64,000 nucleotides of DNA from Spirogloea muscicola (GCA_009602725.1 WELB01000028.1:709972-773971), one strand, 5' to 3'; shown: positions 14,069 through 27,935, counted from the first letter of the stretch. The notes: generated from the sequence alone by a model not told the origin. A program made the numbers and translations.

Positions 14069-15850
14069 CTATTGACCGGGGGCGAAGTTGGTGGCATAAG
14101 CCCAGGCATTGTTGACGGAGGGGTTCTCAAGGTGGTCAATCAGGTTCTCAAGAGGGCCCTTGCCAGTGACAATAGCCTGCCAAGCCAACAAAGCATTCGA
14201 CTTGGTCAACACGGAGCTCCCGAAAATTGCTTGCAAACTCCTAAGATAGACTTCCTGCAATGGTAGGCAGTGCACCTTCCAAGCCTGAAATACTCTCTTG
14301 CAGGTGGCACTACTGCCTTCTCCTTTTCTGCGAGAAGATGCAGATGGCCAGATGTGAAGAACATGCCCACCTGTACGAAGAAACCAAACACGGAGAACAT
14401 GGCCAGTCGGCCATTCTTGATCTCCTTGACCTTCAACTCAGCGAAGGTGTCGGGATCATCAGCAAAGCCCAGGGGGTCAAAGAACTGGCCACCTGGGTAG
14501 ACATTACCACCCTCACCAACACCAGGAAGCCCGTTCACACGGTAGGCCTCTGCACCACCCATCAGAACGACCTGCATTGCAACAGAATATGACAAGTTTG
14601 GCAAGTGCAAACAAAGTGCACATAGCTCATGAAGACCATCCACAATATATTGCTTGCACAGATGCTTGTCCTGGCACGGTCCCCTCCCCCAGCAACAGCA
14701 GAAAGACCATGTTGTACGCATTGCTGGGATGTGTGCAGCTTACGCCTACTGCCTAATCAGGCAGACGTCTTTGACAAGCAGATGCCAATACTACGCATAC
14801 ATTGTTCCACCTTACCTCCACAGCAAGAGTGAGGAGGATAGACTGTGCGTGGATAAGGAGGGGGTTGCCGAGGTAGTTGAGCCCGTCGTCAGCGAAAATC
14901 TGAGCGCCAGCCTTCCACCACACGGGCTCTCCGAACTTAACACCAACCCAGGTGCTCAGGAGCTCTGGGAAGATGCAGCCCAGGGCTCCGAGCATGGCCC
15001 AACGTGCATGAATGAGCTGCACTCAAATTTGCACCAGCTTGCTCAAGAGGGGGAGCATGTGTCTGATCCACGTTGGACTCAAGATCTACCTTGGTAGAGC
15101 AACAGATCGATTGCAATAGCAAGCCTAAGCATGTCTGCACGCCTGTGTCAGGTGACAGGACGATTCCATAAAAGTTTCCGGTAGATATCCTTAAGTCCCA
15201 TCTATATGGGGAGATGGCAGAGAAATGCAATGGGCTTTGATTTGAGGCTGCTAAGGGTGCCGTCGAGACAATGCATACCTCAAGCTCACGGTTCCTGGCA
15301 AAGGACTCAGGGTCGGCGGACAGGCCGGCGGTGTCCCAGCCGTAGTCGCCGGGGAACTCGCCCTTGAGGTAAGAGGGAGTCGCCTTGGAAAAGGGTCCGA
15401 GGTACTTGGGGCGATCAGGGCCATACTGCGACAGGTCCAGCTGTAGCAGAGGAACAGTGCACAAGGAGTCAAACGCAGTAGCATTGGGACCCGCGTGGCA
15501 CCGACTCGAGCCCGGAGGCAGTCCGTGGCGGTTATGGATGCAAGCCATGAAACTGGCTGTGGACGGTGATTGCTTGCGCTCCAGAGCCATCAAGTGGAGC
15601 GCCCCCAACTGCATCGACACGCCGACGACGCCGGCTGACACTGGCCAGACCACTGCCTTGGACGTCGGAAACGGGCATGAGAGGCCTTGCGCGCTCGCTC
15701 ACCATGGTGACGCGGGCCTGGGCCACGCCGACCTTGGCGCGGAGCGCGTTCTGCGCGGGCGCGGCGCCCGCCAGGAAGGAGGACCGCGGCGCGGCGGCGG
15801 NCGGCGGCGGCTGCGCTGCGGGCGGCCTGCATGGCGGCGGCGGCGGCCAT
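14069..15850 (-). CDS. LHCB3: Light-harvesting chlorophyll a/b protein of LHCII, Lhcb3 type
   Basis: Transit peptide ending RVTM, then [63 protein letters not shown] (Lhcb3-like loop), [24 protein letters not shown]. An N at 15801 shifts exon 1. Confidence 0.88.
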
Positions 15851-16879
15851 GGCGCGGCGACGGCGGCGGCGACGGAGCTGCTGGTGAGCGCTGAGGTGAT
15901 GAAGAATATGGCAAATCCACACTTTTTACCAAGCTCCCGGGCCAAGGGGGGGCTTGGCCGGGGAGGGCGGAGGCCCGTGATCGCACTTTGAATTATACGA
16001 CGTATGGTCGCAGAGCGGCACGGGGGAGAAATTCGACCGGCGGTATTAAGCCACCGATCCGTCCTCCCCCGAGGCCGCCAGCGTGGCAGCCAGCGGCCAA
16101 TGGCGGCGGGGCGCCATCCGGAGCGCGTGGATAGTGGGCGCCTCCCACGTGCCGGCCTTGCAGTGGATTCGGGGCAGCCTGCGGCGCCAGGCGGGGGGCC
16201 CGCCAAGGCTACCGCCCTTAACTTCAGAAGTGAAGTGAGGAGCTCTCCAAACAGAGAATGACCATAGCCTCTACCAGGCTATGGCTGTGACTGGCCAGCC
16301 AGCCCAAAAACGAGAATGAATGAAGTTCGAAAGGGGGCGAGGGCTGTGAATGAGAAGAATTGAGAAGGTCCAAAGGGGTAGAAAAGGAAAGAGCGCTTTA
16401 AGAAAGTGAAGAAGGAAGGCTCTTCCAGTAGGGGGCGATGAACGTGACTGGCCAGCCCAGAATGAGAATGAACAAGAAAGTGGCTTCTTCATTGGAGGTT
16501 CAAAGGGGGCGAGGGCTGTGAGAGCCAGCCCTTGTGTGTAAGCTCATCACTTCGGGATCGCAAGAGAAGCAGCTCTCTTAAAGGGGGCAAAGTGCTGTGG
16601 TCCTTGGTAATCTCTTTCTTCCTGCAATCTCCTGAGCTGGCTTCTTACAGCCATTGCCTTCCATTGGAAGAGAGTTTTTCCCCTGCACTGTATGCGCATT
16701 CCAAAGGAGTCTATGGCTGTGATTATCAGGACCAAAAGCATCAACAGAGTTCTCTATACGGAGATCAACTCTGAAAGGGAGACAATGGCTGGGGAAGGCC
16801 AGCCCCGAAAAGGACCGTCCAGATGTGTCAGAAGCGTGAATCACTCAGGAAGGCAACTGTGACCCTCTATGATGCCACT

Positions 16880-17070
16880 TACAACCCTTCATCAGCGGCA
16901 AGTAGAAAGACTGGCAGCCGGAAAGAAGTCGCCTCACACATAGGCGTGAGGCTGCAGTCAAAGCACGGCCAGCACGCGGATGCAAGGCATGAGCTAAATG
17001 CTGCAGGACACTTCGCATGCGGTACACCAGGACCCAAGAGCCCTCGACATTGAACTCGGGAGCACATCCA
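16880..17070 (-). mobile_element. Degenerate CRE-like 3' fragment
   Basis: Shares AGCACGGCCAGCACGCGGATGCAAGGC with 12388-12414 and encodes LAHALHPRAGRALTAA. Confidence 0.55.
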
Positions 17071-17620
17071 GAGTGATTCATGATTGCATTGACAATAATA
17101 GGTGGACTAATTGAATTTGATTGATGAGATCAGGCACCCCTCGCGCACCGCGACACCGCCGCCTGCAGGACAACAGCTTGGCCTGCATGCATGCGCCCGA
17201 GGCCCCTGCGCCGCGGCCGCCGCCGTCGACGCCATCGCCGTCGCCGCCAGCAGGACGGCCGCTGTCTCCACGCTCCTCCCGGCCTCGACGAGCTCTAGCT
17301 CCTGCTCGCCGCTCCGCCGTGCCTTGGCTTCGCCGCCCTCGACCTGTCCCTTCTTCGAGCCGCATGCCGCCAGCGCCGCCGCTCGACGCAGTCTGCCTTC
17401 CGAGCTGCGCTCGTGTTGCCTGAGATCCCTTATATCCAGGCCAGCAAAAGAGAAGCCCTCAGCCGGGCGCCCATGCTGGCTGCCCCGTTGGCCGCCACAG
17501 AGTCGCTGGGCACGGTACCTGCGCACTTGCACACGTCCGTCACCAGCGAGTGGTACCCAGAGCAGATCTAGTGTCCTGCTCCATTGCACAATCAGCTGAG
17601 CGCGTGAAAGTACAGAAACC

Positions 17621-19175
17621 ATGGCGCTGCGAATCTCGGCACAAGCTTCTTGCACTTGGCTGACGATGCTGTTCGCTGTCTTAGCCGCAACCCTGCCTAT
17701 CCTACTCAGCGCAGCCACTGGACAGCATGTTCACATACCAAGAGGTGTGCGTGACGGACGTACAACATCTCTCTCATCGTCGTCTATCTTAATGAATATC
17801 ATTCCAGTAAACGTCATCGTCGCCTGGGGACCGATCCTTCTGTCAACTTCGTCGAGCCGCGGTTGCTGCTGTAGCAGGCAGCTGCTTCCTAAGAAGACGT
17901 GCACAGTACGTCTGCATGCAGCCAGATATGATCTAACGCATTCTCTTGTTCAAAACGCGTCTTATGCGGTATATTTCGCAGCCTCCAGAAGTGCTCAGCC
18001 TGCCAGGACATGCGAGGAGCTGGAATGCCCTCCATACAAAGTGGTGTGCAAGGAGTCAGATTTCGAAATCAGGCACTATCGGCAGAGCAGTTGGGTGGTG
18101 ACCAAGCCAATGACGGAGCTCTCGTATGTGCTTGCGGCAACCAGGGGCTTCCACAGGTTAGCAAGCACATTCATTGACTAGGCACTTAAACCGGAAATTG
18201 CTGTCTGGCTAGATTTTGTGCTGCTGACCGGACTCGTCATCGCTCTTACAATTACCAGAGACAACTGCTTGCATACGCGTTGATTTGGTTTTTTGCTAGC
18301 AGTCTCAGTATCTGGCTGCAAAGCCAGAAAGTTAAGAGTCCAATATTGCTGATGAGGCACGGGCCTCACCTGATGATAGAATGGTTTCTGCTGCTTTCTA
18401 CCTCAGACTGTTTGAGTACGTGCAAGGAGCAAACAAAAATGGCACCAAGATTGGGATGACAGCCCCTGTCCTTACGGAGGTCACGGTGGGCGAGGGACCC
18501 TTTGATTCTCAGAGCTTCACTGTGGGCTTTTATCTACCTTACAAATACTCAGAGCATCCCCCCTTGCCCCTTGAGAACCAGGACCTGAAGGTAAAGCACC
18601 GGCAGCATTGGCACTTGACCCGCAGTCGCTTGCAGCTCTATGAAACTAACCTAGTAAATTTTCCACTTGCCCTTTCTGCTCAGCCTTGCGGCACGAAGTT
18701 AGATCTATCACAGATAATAATGCTCTTTCATTGGCATGCTTCACAATCAACCACAGATGATCCAGCGTCATGATGGACAAGCCACAGGCAAGCACAGCAA
18801 AATTCTGGGGCTCTGGTCACGGCGCATAATCTTGCTTACTACCTTGCTGGCTTCTTGCTTCAGGTCAGGAGGTATCATTCCCGCTGTGTGGCAGTCAGAC
18901 GCTTCAATGGCTTTGCTGTGGACCACAATGTGCCCGATCAGGCCTTGCGGCTACAACTCAGTCTAGAAGGAACTCCGTGGGAGAATGCCACAACCAGCTG
19001 TGCTCACAGGTCAAAGAAAGTTGTGTGCATGGCATACTCGGTTGCAGTCTACAATGCTCCATTCACAATCAAGAATCGGGTGAATGAAATCTGGGCCGAG
19101 ATACCACATGAGGACGTTGAGCACAGTGGCTGCCGTTACATGGGCGCACCGTGTACCCTCGCTAATACTTTCTAG
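17621..19175 (+). CDS. SOUL/haem-binding family protein with hydrophobic N-terminus
   Basis: Exons encode LECPPYKVV...FEIRHY, GFHRLFEYVQGANKNGTKIGMTAPVLT, CVAVRRFNGF, VAVYNAPFTIKNRVNEIW, all typical SOUL motifs. Confidence 0.9.
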
Positions 19176-20760
19176 TTACTTCAAGTGCAGTGATGCAGCT
19201 AGGGTGAGATGTTGTGACAATGGTTCAAGAAGATTGGATTTTGCTGCTCGCATTTGCCCGAGCCAGGCCAAGAAACTATACATAGTATGACAGGAACGCA
19301 TCCTTAGAATGATACTTTTCGACATGCAGTGTATGAAAGCCAGAGCTGAACAAGTATGTGCAGGCACTGGGCGCCCCTGTGACACCTATGCCAGATTGGC
19401 GCACGTACGCTGTGATGCATTCGCCTGTTCATGCAACTAAGCGATGGCCTTGCTAATGAAGTTCCTGTCAACTGCACTTGCGAAATGGCAGGCACAATTA
19501 GGGCAGAAATGACTGCCTGCTGCACAACTGCGGGCAGTTTAGATATATGAATCTAATGTGCAATGGGCAAACCTTCAATGGTCAATTGGCAGTCGCAGCT
19601 CAGCAGGAGATTGATTAGCGACATCATATGGACCTTGCGGACTTGACACTCCAGGCCGTTAAGCACCAAGCTTGCTGAAAACGGGCGCCTTAGGAATCTG
19701 ACTGGGGCATGGAACTTACCTTGCTGACTTGCTCCAGGTTGTTTACAGACTCAAGCTCGTTGCACACTCACTCTCATGAGCTTTCTGTGGCAGCTATTGA
19801 CCTCTGAGTGGGTTGGTGACCGTTCTCACAGACATCCGATGATTCTGGAGTGCATGTCATTTTGTGTAGCAGGCAATCATTCAGCCCCATGTGTGCAAGC
19901 CATAGCAGCTGGTGTATATCAATTATACAGGGCTTAGATTAGTAAGGTCATCAGTAGTGGCATGAATTGTTAGTGGGGATTGAAGGGTATCTTACTTGGC
20001 ACCTCTCTGACAGCAGGAAGCACAGAGGCACCCTGCGCCTGCACAAATCACTGGACTGTGGCTTTTGGACGTTAAATTTGGACAACTCTCTCGATATGCA
20101 CTGAAATTGCGTGCATAGGGCCTGGCCTTTGATATATGAAAGCAATTTCCAGTCGTTTGCCGTTGAAGCAGTATCACAGCATCATATACCCTATCGCTGT
20201 TCCTGTGCGTCTAAGCATACACTTATTTCCTGTTGCAGATTTTGATCCGCATCAAGCATATCATCTCTGATTTTGCACTTTCTCGGCTACTGACACGGTA
20301 ATTATAAGCATTACAGCAACAGTATCGAGATACGAAAAGACCCAGTTGTGCCCACGAGCTCACATGCCCTGCATAAGTAGCTCAACTTGTTGCTTCCGAT
20401 TGCAGATCCTCATCATGAATTGTTGGATTGTCTAGAAATGCAGGCATCTTCTAGCAGATGGCCAATATTGTATCAGTCATCATTGTGCAAGCATGTGACA
20501 CAGACCCCTTGACGTAGCCGTCAAGAGAGCTCCTTAAACACCAGCACCTGTACAGTCGTCTATCCACGACAACCGACCAACTCTTATTGCTCTGCAACCA
20601 GACGGCTCAAGCGTCCTATGTCACTTTAGTAAGAGCACCAAGATAGAATTAGATCGTCCTGGTAAGTGCACCAAGGAAAGCTAGCTAGTCTCAGGGCTGA
20701 ATTTTCTCAAGGCTTGGCTTCTAGGAGAGGGGGAATAGAATGTCCACATTAACGGCATCT

Positions 20761-22055
20761 CTAAGGACTGCTGCCAGCTGCTTCCTCAGCTTCCAGCTTG
20801 GCAACATATGCCTTCATTGTGAAAACCAGATTGGCTGCTGGAACCTGCTTTTACCAAACAGTCACGGAGAAAGTCAAGCACAGCGAAGAGTACTGCCCCA
20901 CATGGCCGAAAAGATACGTGCCTGATTAGAACGTGCAATCCTTAATGCCAACTGCGCTCGGCGGCGCACCTTGAGCTGCCCGACAAGCGCAGTTGAGGGG
21001 CCGACGAGCGTGCCCAGTAGCTTGGCATAAATGTCCAGGCGCGTCGGCATAGACTCAAGGCTCTTGAAGTCCGCGGAGGCATAGTACTTCCCCTCGAAGA
21101 TGGCGCCCGTGTAGTCATTCTCCAGCTTCTGCTCCTTCTGCATGTCTCTGACAGAGGCAGGAGCAGGCAGGCGCACAACCAGGTCGTCAGCAACTGGCAG
21201 GGCCACAGTCCTCCCTGGCCCTTTGCACCACGAGGCTTGGAACCGTACAAGGAGCAACCAGTTGCCCAAGCTGAGCTTGCGGGCACTCGGGTGGCCTGTG
21301 ACACCCCATTGCAGCCAACAAAACTTTGTGGAGCCACCATTGTCGCTCTATCTCTCAGTAAGGTGCCCAGCTATGGTCCTGCCCACATACATTTGGCCCT
21401 GACATTGAAAAAGCTTTTGTCTGGTAACTGGCATGCCACGAGAGCGGAGCCCGATGACCGACTTTGCACAGCAATGTAGCCGGGCCGGCCACACCAGTGG
21501 AGGTCCTCCGAATGGGCACCTGTAAGGCTTGAGCGCGGCCGGGATCTCGTCCGAGTGCACGAAGAGCCAGGCGTTCATGCCTTTCATGGCCGGCGTCAGC
21601 GGCTCGAAGGGCGTGCCCTCGATGGCCTTGCCCAGCAACTTATTCTTGCATACGAGAAGCGTCGACGTCTCCGGCAGCTTGCGCCGCAGGTCCTCGAACT
21701 GCTTCACCTGCGCCACACGGCGTCCAGAGCACCAGGCGCCCAACAAAACCCGCCCCATCTCAGATCAGCAATCCAGCAGGTCAAAAATCTGGTCTTCGCA
21801 GGCTCGAGCTGCTTCGTCTGCTCGCGTTCAGGAGGCCGGGCTTCACGAGCCGTGCTGAGGCTCTGGTGCAGCTACAGAAGGCGGCGGCGGCGGCGGCGGC
21901 TGCTGCAACGCACCGTGAACTTCTGATAATCAATCCCAGCCAGAAGCCGGCAGTCCTCGAGCTGCTTGCGGGCAAGCTCCACCGTTGCGGTCTTCTTCTC
22001 TTTGCTTATGGCCGCGCGAGCCCCGCCGCCGCCCGGCGCGGCGGCGCCGGCGCGC
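20761..22055 (-). CDS. RPL10: Plastid 50S ribosomal protein L10 (5' end in N gap)
   Basis: AAISKEKK...LLAGIDYQKFT|VKQFEDLRRKLP...VCKNKLLGKAIEGT...GMNAWLFVHSDEIPAALKPY|...GAIFEGK...LESMPTRLDIYAKLLG|VPAANLVFTMKAYVAKLE...stop 20761. Confidence 0.92.
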
Positions 22056-23039
22056 NNNNNNNNNNNNNNNNNNNNNNNNNNNNNNNNNNNNNNNNNNNNN
22101 NNNNNNNNNNNNNNNNNNNNNNNNNNNNNNNNNNNNNNNNNNNNNNNNNNNNNNNNNNNNNNNNNNNNNNNNNNNNNNNNNNNNNNNNNNNNNNNNNNNN
22201 NNNNNNNNNNNNNNNNNNNNNNNNNNNNNNNNNNNNNNNNNNNNNNNNNNNNNNNNNNNNNNNNNNNNNNNNNNNNNNNNNNNNNNNNNNNNNNNNNNNN
22301 NNNNNNNNNNNNNNNNNNNNNNNNNNNNNNNNNNNNNNNNNNNNNNNNNNNNNNNNNNNNNNNNNNNNNNNNNNNNNNNNNNNNNNNNNNNNNNNNNNNN
22401 NNNNNNNNNNNNNNNNNNNNNNNNNNNNNNNNNNNNNNNNNNNNNNNNNNNNNNNNNNNNNNNNNNNNNNNNNNNNNNNNNNNNNNNNNNNNNNNNNNNN
22501 NNNNNNNNNNNNNNNNNNNNNNNNNNNNNNNNNNNNNNNNNNNNNNNNNNNNNNNNNCGGCGGCGGCGGACGCTCTCTCGGTTTCGGAGGCGGCGGCAAG
22601 CGCTGGCTGCGAGGGGGCTGCCGCCGTGCTGCGGCGCCCTTGTCGGGCGCGGCGGCGGCAGCTCGGGCGACTGCTGGCTTGCGGGCCCGGGCCTCGGGCA
22701 GGCCAGGCCCTCGAGAAGACCCCGGAGGACTTCCGCCGTCGGCGCGCCCGCGACCTTGAGCCTTGGCGCGGCTGCCGCGGCAGGCCCCACAACGACCTCG
22801 CGCGCCCACATCTGCCGGTGGCCGAGCTGGGCACCAAGAGCACGACAGCGCCGCCGCCGCTGCCGACCAGACGGCCCCAGGTCTGCTTGCTTGATGTACC
22901 GCCATGGCGGACAGACGAGCGTTGCCGCGAGGCCCGCATCTATTACCACGGTAACCCTCGTGCTGGCTGCCTGCCCGCTGTCGTTCGTCGCTGGCCTCCA
23001 TATGCTAACTGGGGTTCATCTACTGGTTGTTGTGAGGTC

Positions 23040-23643
23040 AGGGCAACGAAAGCGAGGCCGCAGCGAGAGTGGGTTCCGACTGTGTCGTCGCCATCGAGGG
23101 CGGGCTGGAGCGGCTCCGCGTGCCGCTGGCGGACGATGATGCCGCCGCCGGCGAGCGGGTGCTGTACTGCGCCTGGGCCATCGTCCTGAGTGAGTGCAGC
23201 GAGCGGGGCGGTGCCGCCGAAGCATCCGTGGTCATGCTCCCGCCACTGCTCCAGGCCTTGCAAGAAGGTCCGACCCTAATCTTAAACCCTAAACCTTAAC
23301 CCTCAATCTAACCCTTCTTTCAACAACATGCAGCTCAGCGGGCAGCCGGCAAGTCTGCCGCCGATGACAACAATTTACTGACCTCTGTACTTTGGGCCTG
23401 CTCCGGCGACTGTGCTCAGGCAGGGAAGAGGTCGTGGCCTGCGAGGATGGCCACGCCAGCGGTGCAGCCAGTCAGCACATGCAGCTTGAGCATGCTGTTG
23501 GCCTGGCTCTCATCCCCTTTGTAAGCCCGGCCATCCACCGAAGCCCCTCAGTGCCAGAGCTTCCCCCAACGGCTGTTGACATAGCTGATGTTCATCCAGG
23601 CCAGCTGTGTGCCTCTGTCAATTTTCGAGCAAGAGCTTGCTGA
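23040..23643 (+). pseudogene. Possible YjjX-type inosine/xanthosine triphosphatase fragment (diverged or decayed)
   Basis: SDCVVAIEGG...AWAIV...RGGAAEASVVMLPPLLQALQEG and HAVGLALIPF resemble YjjX (ADFWVAIEAG...GEARSATLPLP...HQAVILALSPF, recalled from memory). N-terminal half not recognisable. Confidence 0.4.
23273..23315 (+). repeat. Short degenerate plant-type telomeric repeat tract (CCCTAAA-like)
   Basis: ACCCTAATCTTAAACCCTAAACCTTAACCCTCAATCTAACCCT, just after a probable GT donor. Confidence 0.6.
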
Positions 23644-24264
23644 TCTTGGGCCTCTTGTACAAAGCCCGCCGGTGCAGTCCACTAGGTAGGTGGCACCTTC
23701 AGTGAGCACTCCTTAGTGAATAAGGTGAGCTACAGAGAGCAGAGATTCAATTGGGGCTGCCTTTCAGCAGAGCACACTGTCCTGGAATAAGTTGCTGGCA
23801 GCAGCACACAATGCAGCGAGCAACTTCGATTGCAACTTCTTCCACAAGCACAGAAGACATCTGTTAATAGCTGCTCGATTTTTAGCGCCACAAGCATGTG
23901 GACCCAAAAGACTGACTTTCAGGTGTTCAAGGCCTCATCAAAGAGGCCATGAATGTCCTTTACAGATCAATAAATTTGTTGGCTGAGGATCCTGCAACTT
24001 TTGCCAGGGATGTTTGCAGGTTCTCATCGGCTCGACATGGGTGAATGAGAGTAACTAGCAAGTTTCATCAACAAGGGTCCGAGCAGATGCGATGAAATTA
24101 TGTGGCAAGACTTAAGCATCGGCCTCTGCTGTAGCTCGCTGAGTGCATCGCTAGGTCTCATATACTCAACGCAAAATGTAGGCGAAATACATAGGCGCCT
24201 GGCACTGCTGACTTCGACTAAGAGTCCACGCGGAACTGCAAGATGAAGTTGTCCGCAAGGGACT

Positions 24265-25994
24265 TCAGTGCAGGACATGCATGCAGCGCGCAAGAATGTC
24301 AACGGCCTCGTCGACCTCGGCCTCAGTGACAACCAGCGGCGGCGCCAGGCGCACGACGTCGCCCTTGCCGGCGGTGATGACCAGCAGGCCCGCGCTGCGA
24401 GTTGCGTCCACGAGAGGGCCGGCTGGGCAGTCAAGCTGCACGCCAACAAGCAGGCCCTCTCCACGGACTTCCTTGACAAGCGGGTCATCGCCGAGGTGCT
24501 TGCGCAGGCCCGCACGCAGGCGCTCCCCCTTGGCGGCCACATCGGGAAGGAATCCCGGGGCCTGAAGCCGGTCCAAAACCGCCAGCGCGGCGCTGCACAC
24601 AAGTGGCCCGCCGGCGAACGTGCTCCCGTGGTCGCCGGGACGCACTGCCGACGCCACTGCCTCGGTCATCAGCACCGCGCCGATCGGCAGCCCCCCCGCC
24701 AGCGGCTTGGCGAGCGTCATCATGTCCGGCACCACGCCAGACGCCTCGTGCGCCCACAGGTGGCCCGAGCGGCCCAGCCCGCATTGCACCTGAGAACAGA
24801 TTTGCATAAAGGATTTGCACGCCATCAGCTATTCAGCTGTCGGGAAGCCACAAGATATATATTGATTGTTTTATCTTGTGGAACTACTGAGGGTGTACAA
24901 TCTCTGCTTATTGCTCTTTCTACCTATGTGATTACTACTATTACAGTATTTGCCATTCTTTCGATCAATGCGTTAAGCTGGTAAGCTGGAGTTGGGGGGA
25001 AGGGCTGACCTCGTCGAAGATGAGGAGGGTGCCAGTGTCGTCACAGAGCTGCCGAAGGCCTCGAAGGAACTCGGCGGCGGCGGGGTACACGCCGCCCTCG
25101 CCCTGCACGGGCTCCACAAACACGCCAGCAATGCCGCCCTTCTCCACGATTGCGGCTGCCGACTCAAGGCTGCCGTACTCGGCAACGTGTACGCCTGGCA
25201 TGAGCGGCTCGAAGGGCTCCTGGTACGCCTTCTTGGCAGTGAGCGCGAGCGCGCCGAGAGTGCGGCCATGGAAGGAGCCGGTGAACGAGACGAAGCCGGT
25301 GGCAACGCCGGCGCCGCGGTCGAGCAGCTGGCGCTTGCGCGCGAACTTGACGGCTGCCTCGTTGGCCTCCGTGCCGCTGTTGGCGAAGAAGCAGCGGTCA
25401 GCGAAGGAGGCGCCGACGAGGCGGCGCGCCAGCTCCACCTGCGGCGCCGTGTGGTACAGGTTGCTGACGTGACACAGCGTCTCCGCGGCGGTCGTAACGG
25501 CAGCGACCCACGCCGGGTCGGCGTGCCCCAGCGCGTTGACGGCAATGCCGGCCATGAAGTCCAGGTACGGCTTGCCGGCAGCATCCCAGAGCGTGCTGCC
25601 GCGGCAGCGCGCGATGACCACCGGAGCGCGCGCGTACGTGTGCACCAGCAGCCGTGCTTCGTCGGCGATCACCGCCGACGCCTCCGCCGCCGCCGCCGCG
25701 CCGCCGTCGTCGTGCTGCGGCTGCGGCGGCAGGCTCGCCGCGGTGTCGGTGGCCGTGGACAGCGGCTCCAGCAGCGCCGAGCCCTTGTCGCTGCCGCTGG
25801 CCTCGCCGGCGGCACCAAGGACCNNNNNNNNNNNNNNNNNNNNNNNNNNNNNNNNNNNNNNNNNNNNNNNNNNNNNNNNNNNNNNNNNNNNNNNNNNNNN
25901 NNNNNNNNNNNNNNNNNNNNNNNNNNNNNNNNNNNNNNNNNNNNNNNNNNNCGCCCGCCACCGCCGCCGCCGCCGCGGCGGCCATCGCCACCAT
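24265..25994 (-). CDS. argD: Acetylornithine aminotransferase (class III PLP), organellar transit peptide interrupted by N gap
   Basis: [85 protein letters not shown]; one intron ~24790-25009. Confidence 0.95.
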
Positions 25995-26071
25995 CCTGGC
26001 GCGCCGGTAGCCGCTGGAGCTCGGCAGCTGTGGCAGGAATTTGACGAGGCGAGAAGCAGCCGAGGCTTCTC

Positions 26072-26116
<45 letters not shown>

Positions 26117-27229
26117 AGGGAGAGCAATGAGTCTGGGCGTGGAAGGCGCCGCCGCTGCTGATTTAAGAGGGGAGGCTCGGCCCGCCCTGCGGCGCCGCTC
26201 GCGGGAAGCACATCTTTCCCCAGCCGAGGATGAGGGGGGGCTATTTGACTGCGCAGCAAGACAGAATCAGCTATCTGTTCTTTTCCCAACGCAAACCAAA
26301 TGGCTGGCTAAAAGCCCAACAAATGTAAAAGTTGCTGGGAAACAAACCCAAAGAAATGAACAAGGTCTGAAAGGGTCGGAAGGCAATATAATGGTACTCC
26401 CCTCATTTATGCCGGGAGACTATTGACGTCCAGATTTTGCGGCCCACGTGGCGGCAGTTGGGCGTGCCGGGCAAGGCACGTGGGCCGGGGACCCCAGGCA
26501 GCGCGGCGCCGCCAGCGCCCGATCTGACGGTCGCAGATGCCCCTGCCCATCTGCCTGATCGGACGGGAGCCAGCCGCTTGTGGTCCCAACCCACTCGGAC
26601 GGCTGCCGGCTATTGGCCCGAGGGAAGTGAAACGTCATGCCGATGCTGAGGCTGCTTAGCAGGGGTTACGGAGTGCTTCGTAGCTGCTTCGTTTCTTTTT
26701 AGTTTCTTTTTTTCGGGCTGGCTTCTCACAGCCATTGCCCCCATTGGGAGAGCCACTTCTTCTTCTTTTAGTGCTTGTTGTTCTTCGTACTTCCCCAGGC
26801 GAAGAAGCAAGCGCGGCCAGATTGACTGGTGGCTGGGAGAGGCCAGCCCAAAAGAGTGGACAAGGTCTGAAGGAGTCGGAGTGCTAAGGACTGAGACAGC
26901 AGTAAGCGAACTCTCAGTAACCCCTCGTCAGTAGATGAAAATCTGAATAGCTAGCAGGCGGAACTTACTTCCCCTGGCCCCTTCTCGTCCTTTGTTCATT
27001 CTTATTTGGGCTGGCTTTTTCCAGCCCCTATCCTCAATGGGCGAGCCCTTCATCGACTTACGAATCCCTCCGGCTCTCCGACGACCTCTTCCGGCCGGCT
27101 CTCCACCATCATCTCGGCCTCCCTCCACTTTGTTTGGCTGGCATTCGACAGTGTGATTGTGGCCATCTGTTCGGAGGATGAGATTTCTTTGGCAGCTCAC
27201 ATGCTTCGATTTTTTGAGGTAAGTGAACG

Positions 27230-27935
27230 TAATGCCTCCCACAATCTTCTCAGAGACGCTATGTATAGCTTGGTGCGCGAGGCAGGTTACCATGCAGCCA
27301 TGGAGGTGCCGGGCATCATGCCGGTACTCCAGAAGCGCGGCAGGCCCTACATCAGACGTCTGGATGTGGTTGCGGACCCCCCGGTGCGGTGGGCCTCGTC
27401 TCGTCCTTGATGTCATTCTCATTGACGCCTTCCAACCAGGGGCACCCACACCATCTGTGCCAGGTTGGGCGACACATCATGCGGAGAGGAAGAAGGAGAG
27501 GCACAACAATGACCACCCCCGGGGCGACCACTTCTTCCCATGCGCCATGGACATGTAAGGCGGCTACGGAACAAAGTGGTCTTCCCTCCTCCATCGCCTG
27601 GCTCTGCATGTCGATGCCCGCCGACGTAGTCGGGCGGGTAGCTAAGGGCATTCTAGCGTCCCGCAAGCCATCGTTGCATGCTATAGAATGCAGCTATCAG
27701 AGTCTACAGCGCTCCCAGGCACTTACGATACACCAGCGTGCTGGGCGTGCATTAGCCCAGGCCAATGCATTCCGTGGTGGTGGTTCGGCTCCTCAGCTTA
27801 GCTTGTCAGATATGCATGTGCTCACTCGGGGATATTTAGTGTCCCCCTTAGCTAGCTCATTACCCCGTAACAGGACATTTGTAAGGCTAGAAATGGCCTC
27901 CCTTTCAATTTCCTGCGCACCGTGCGCCTTCTCTC
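27230..27935 (+). mobile_element. Degenerate CRE-like RLE domain plus 3' UTR
   Basis: Across frameshifts: HNLLRD...RRLDVV...LVLDV...AERKKERH...HFFPCAMDM...DMHVLTRGY, i.e. a PD-(D/E)xK-like RLE homologous to 33560-33800. Confidence 0.75.

Noticed and set aside
16270..16820. CRISPR-like array of GGCCAGCCCA repeats
   Set aside because: Repeats are degenerate, irregularly spaced and in both orientations; the context is eukaryotic with no cas genes.
22700..22745. TruD-like KTPEDF motif
   Set aside because: Isolated short match with no further TruD motifs.
21866..23189. Long ORFs spanning the N gap
   Set aside because: Artefacts of translating Ns.
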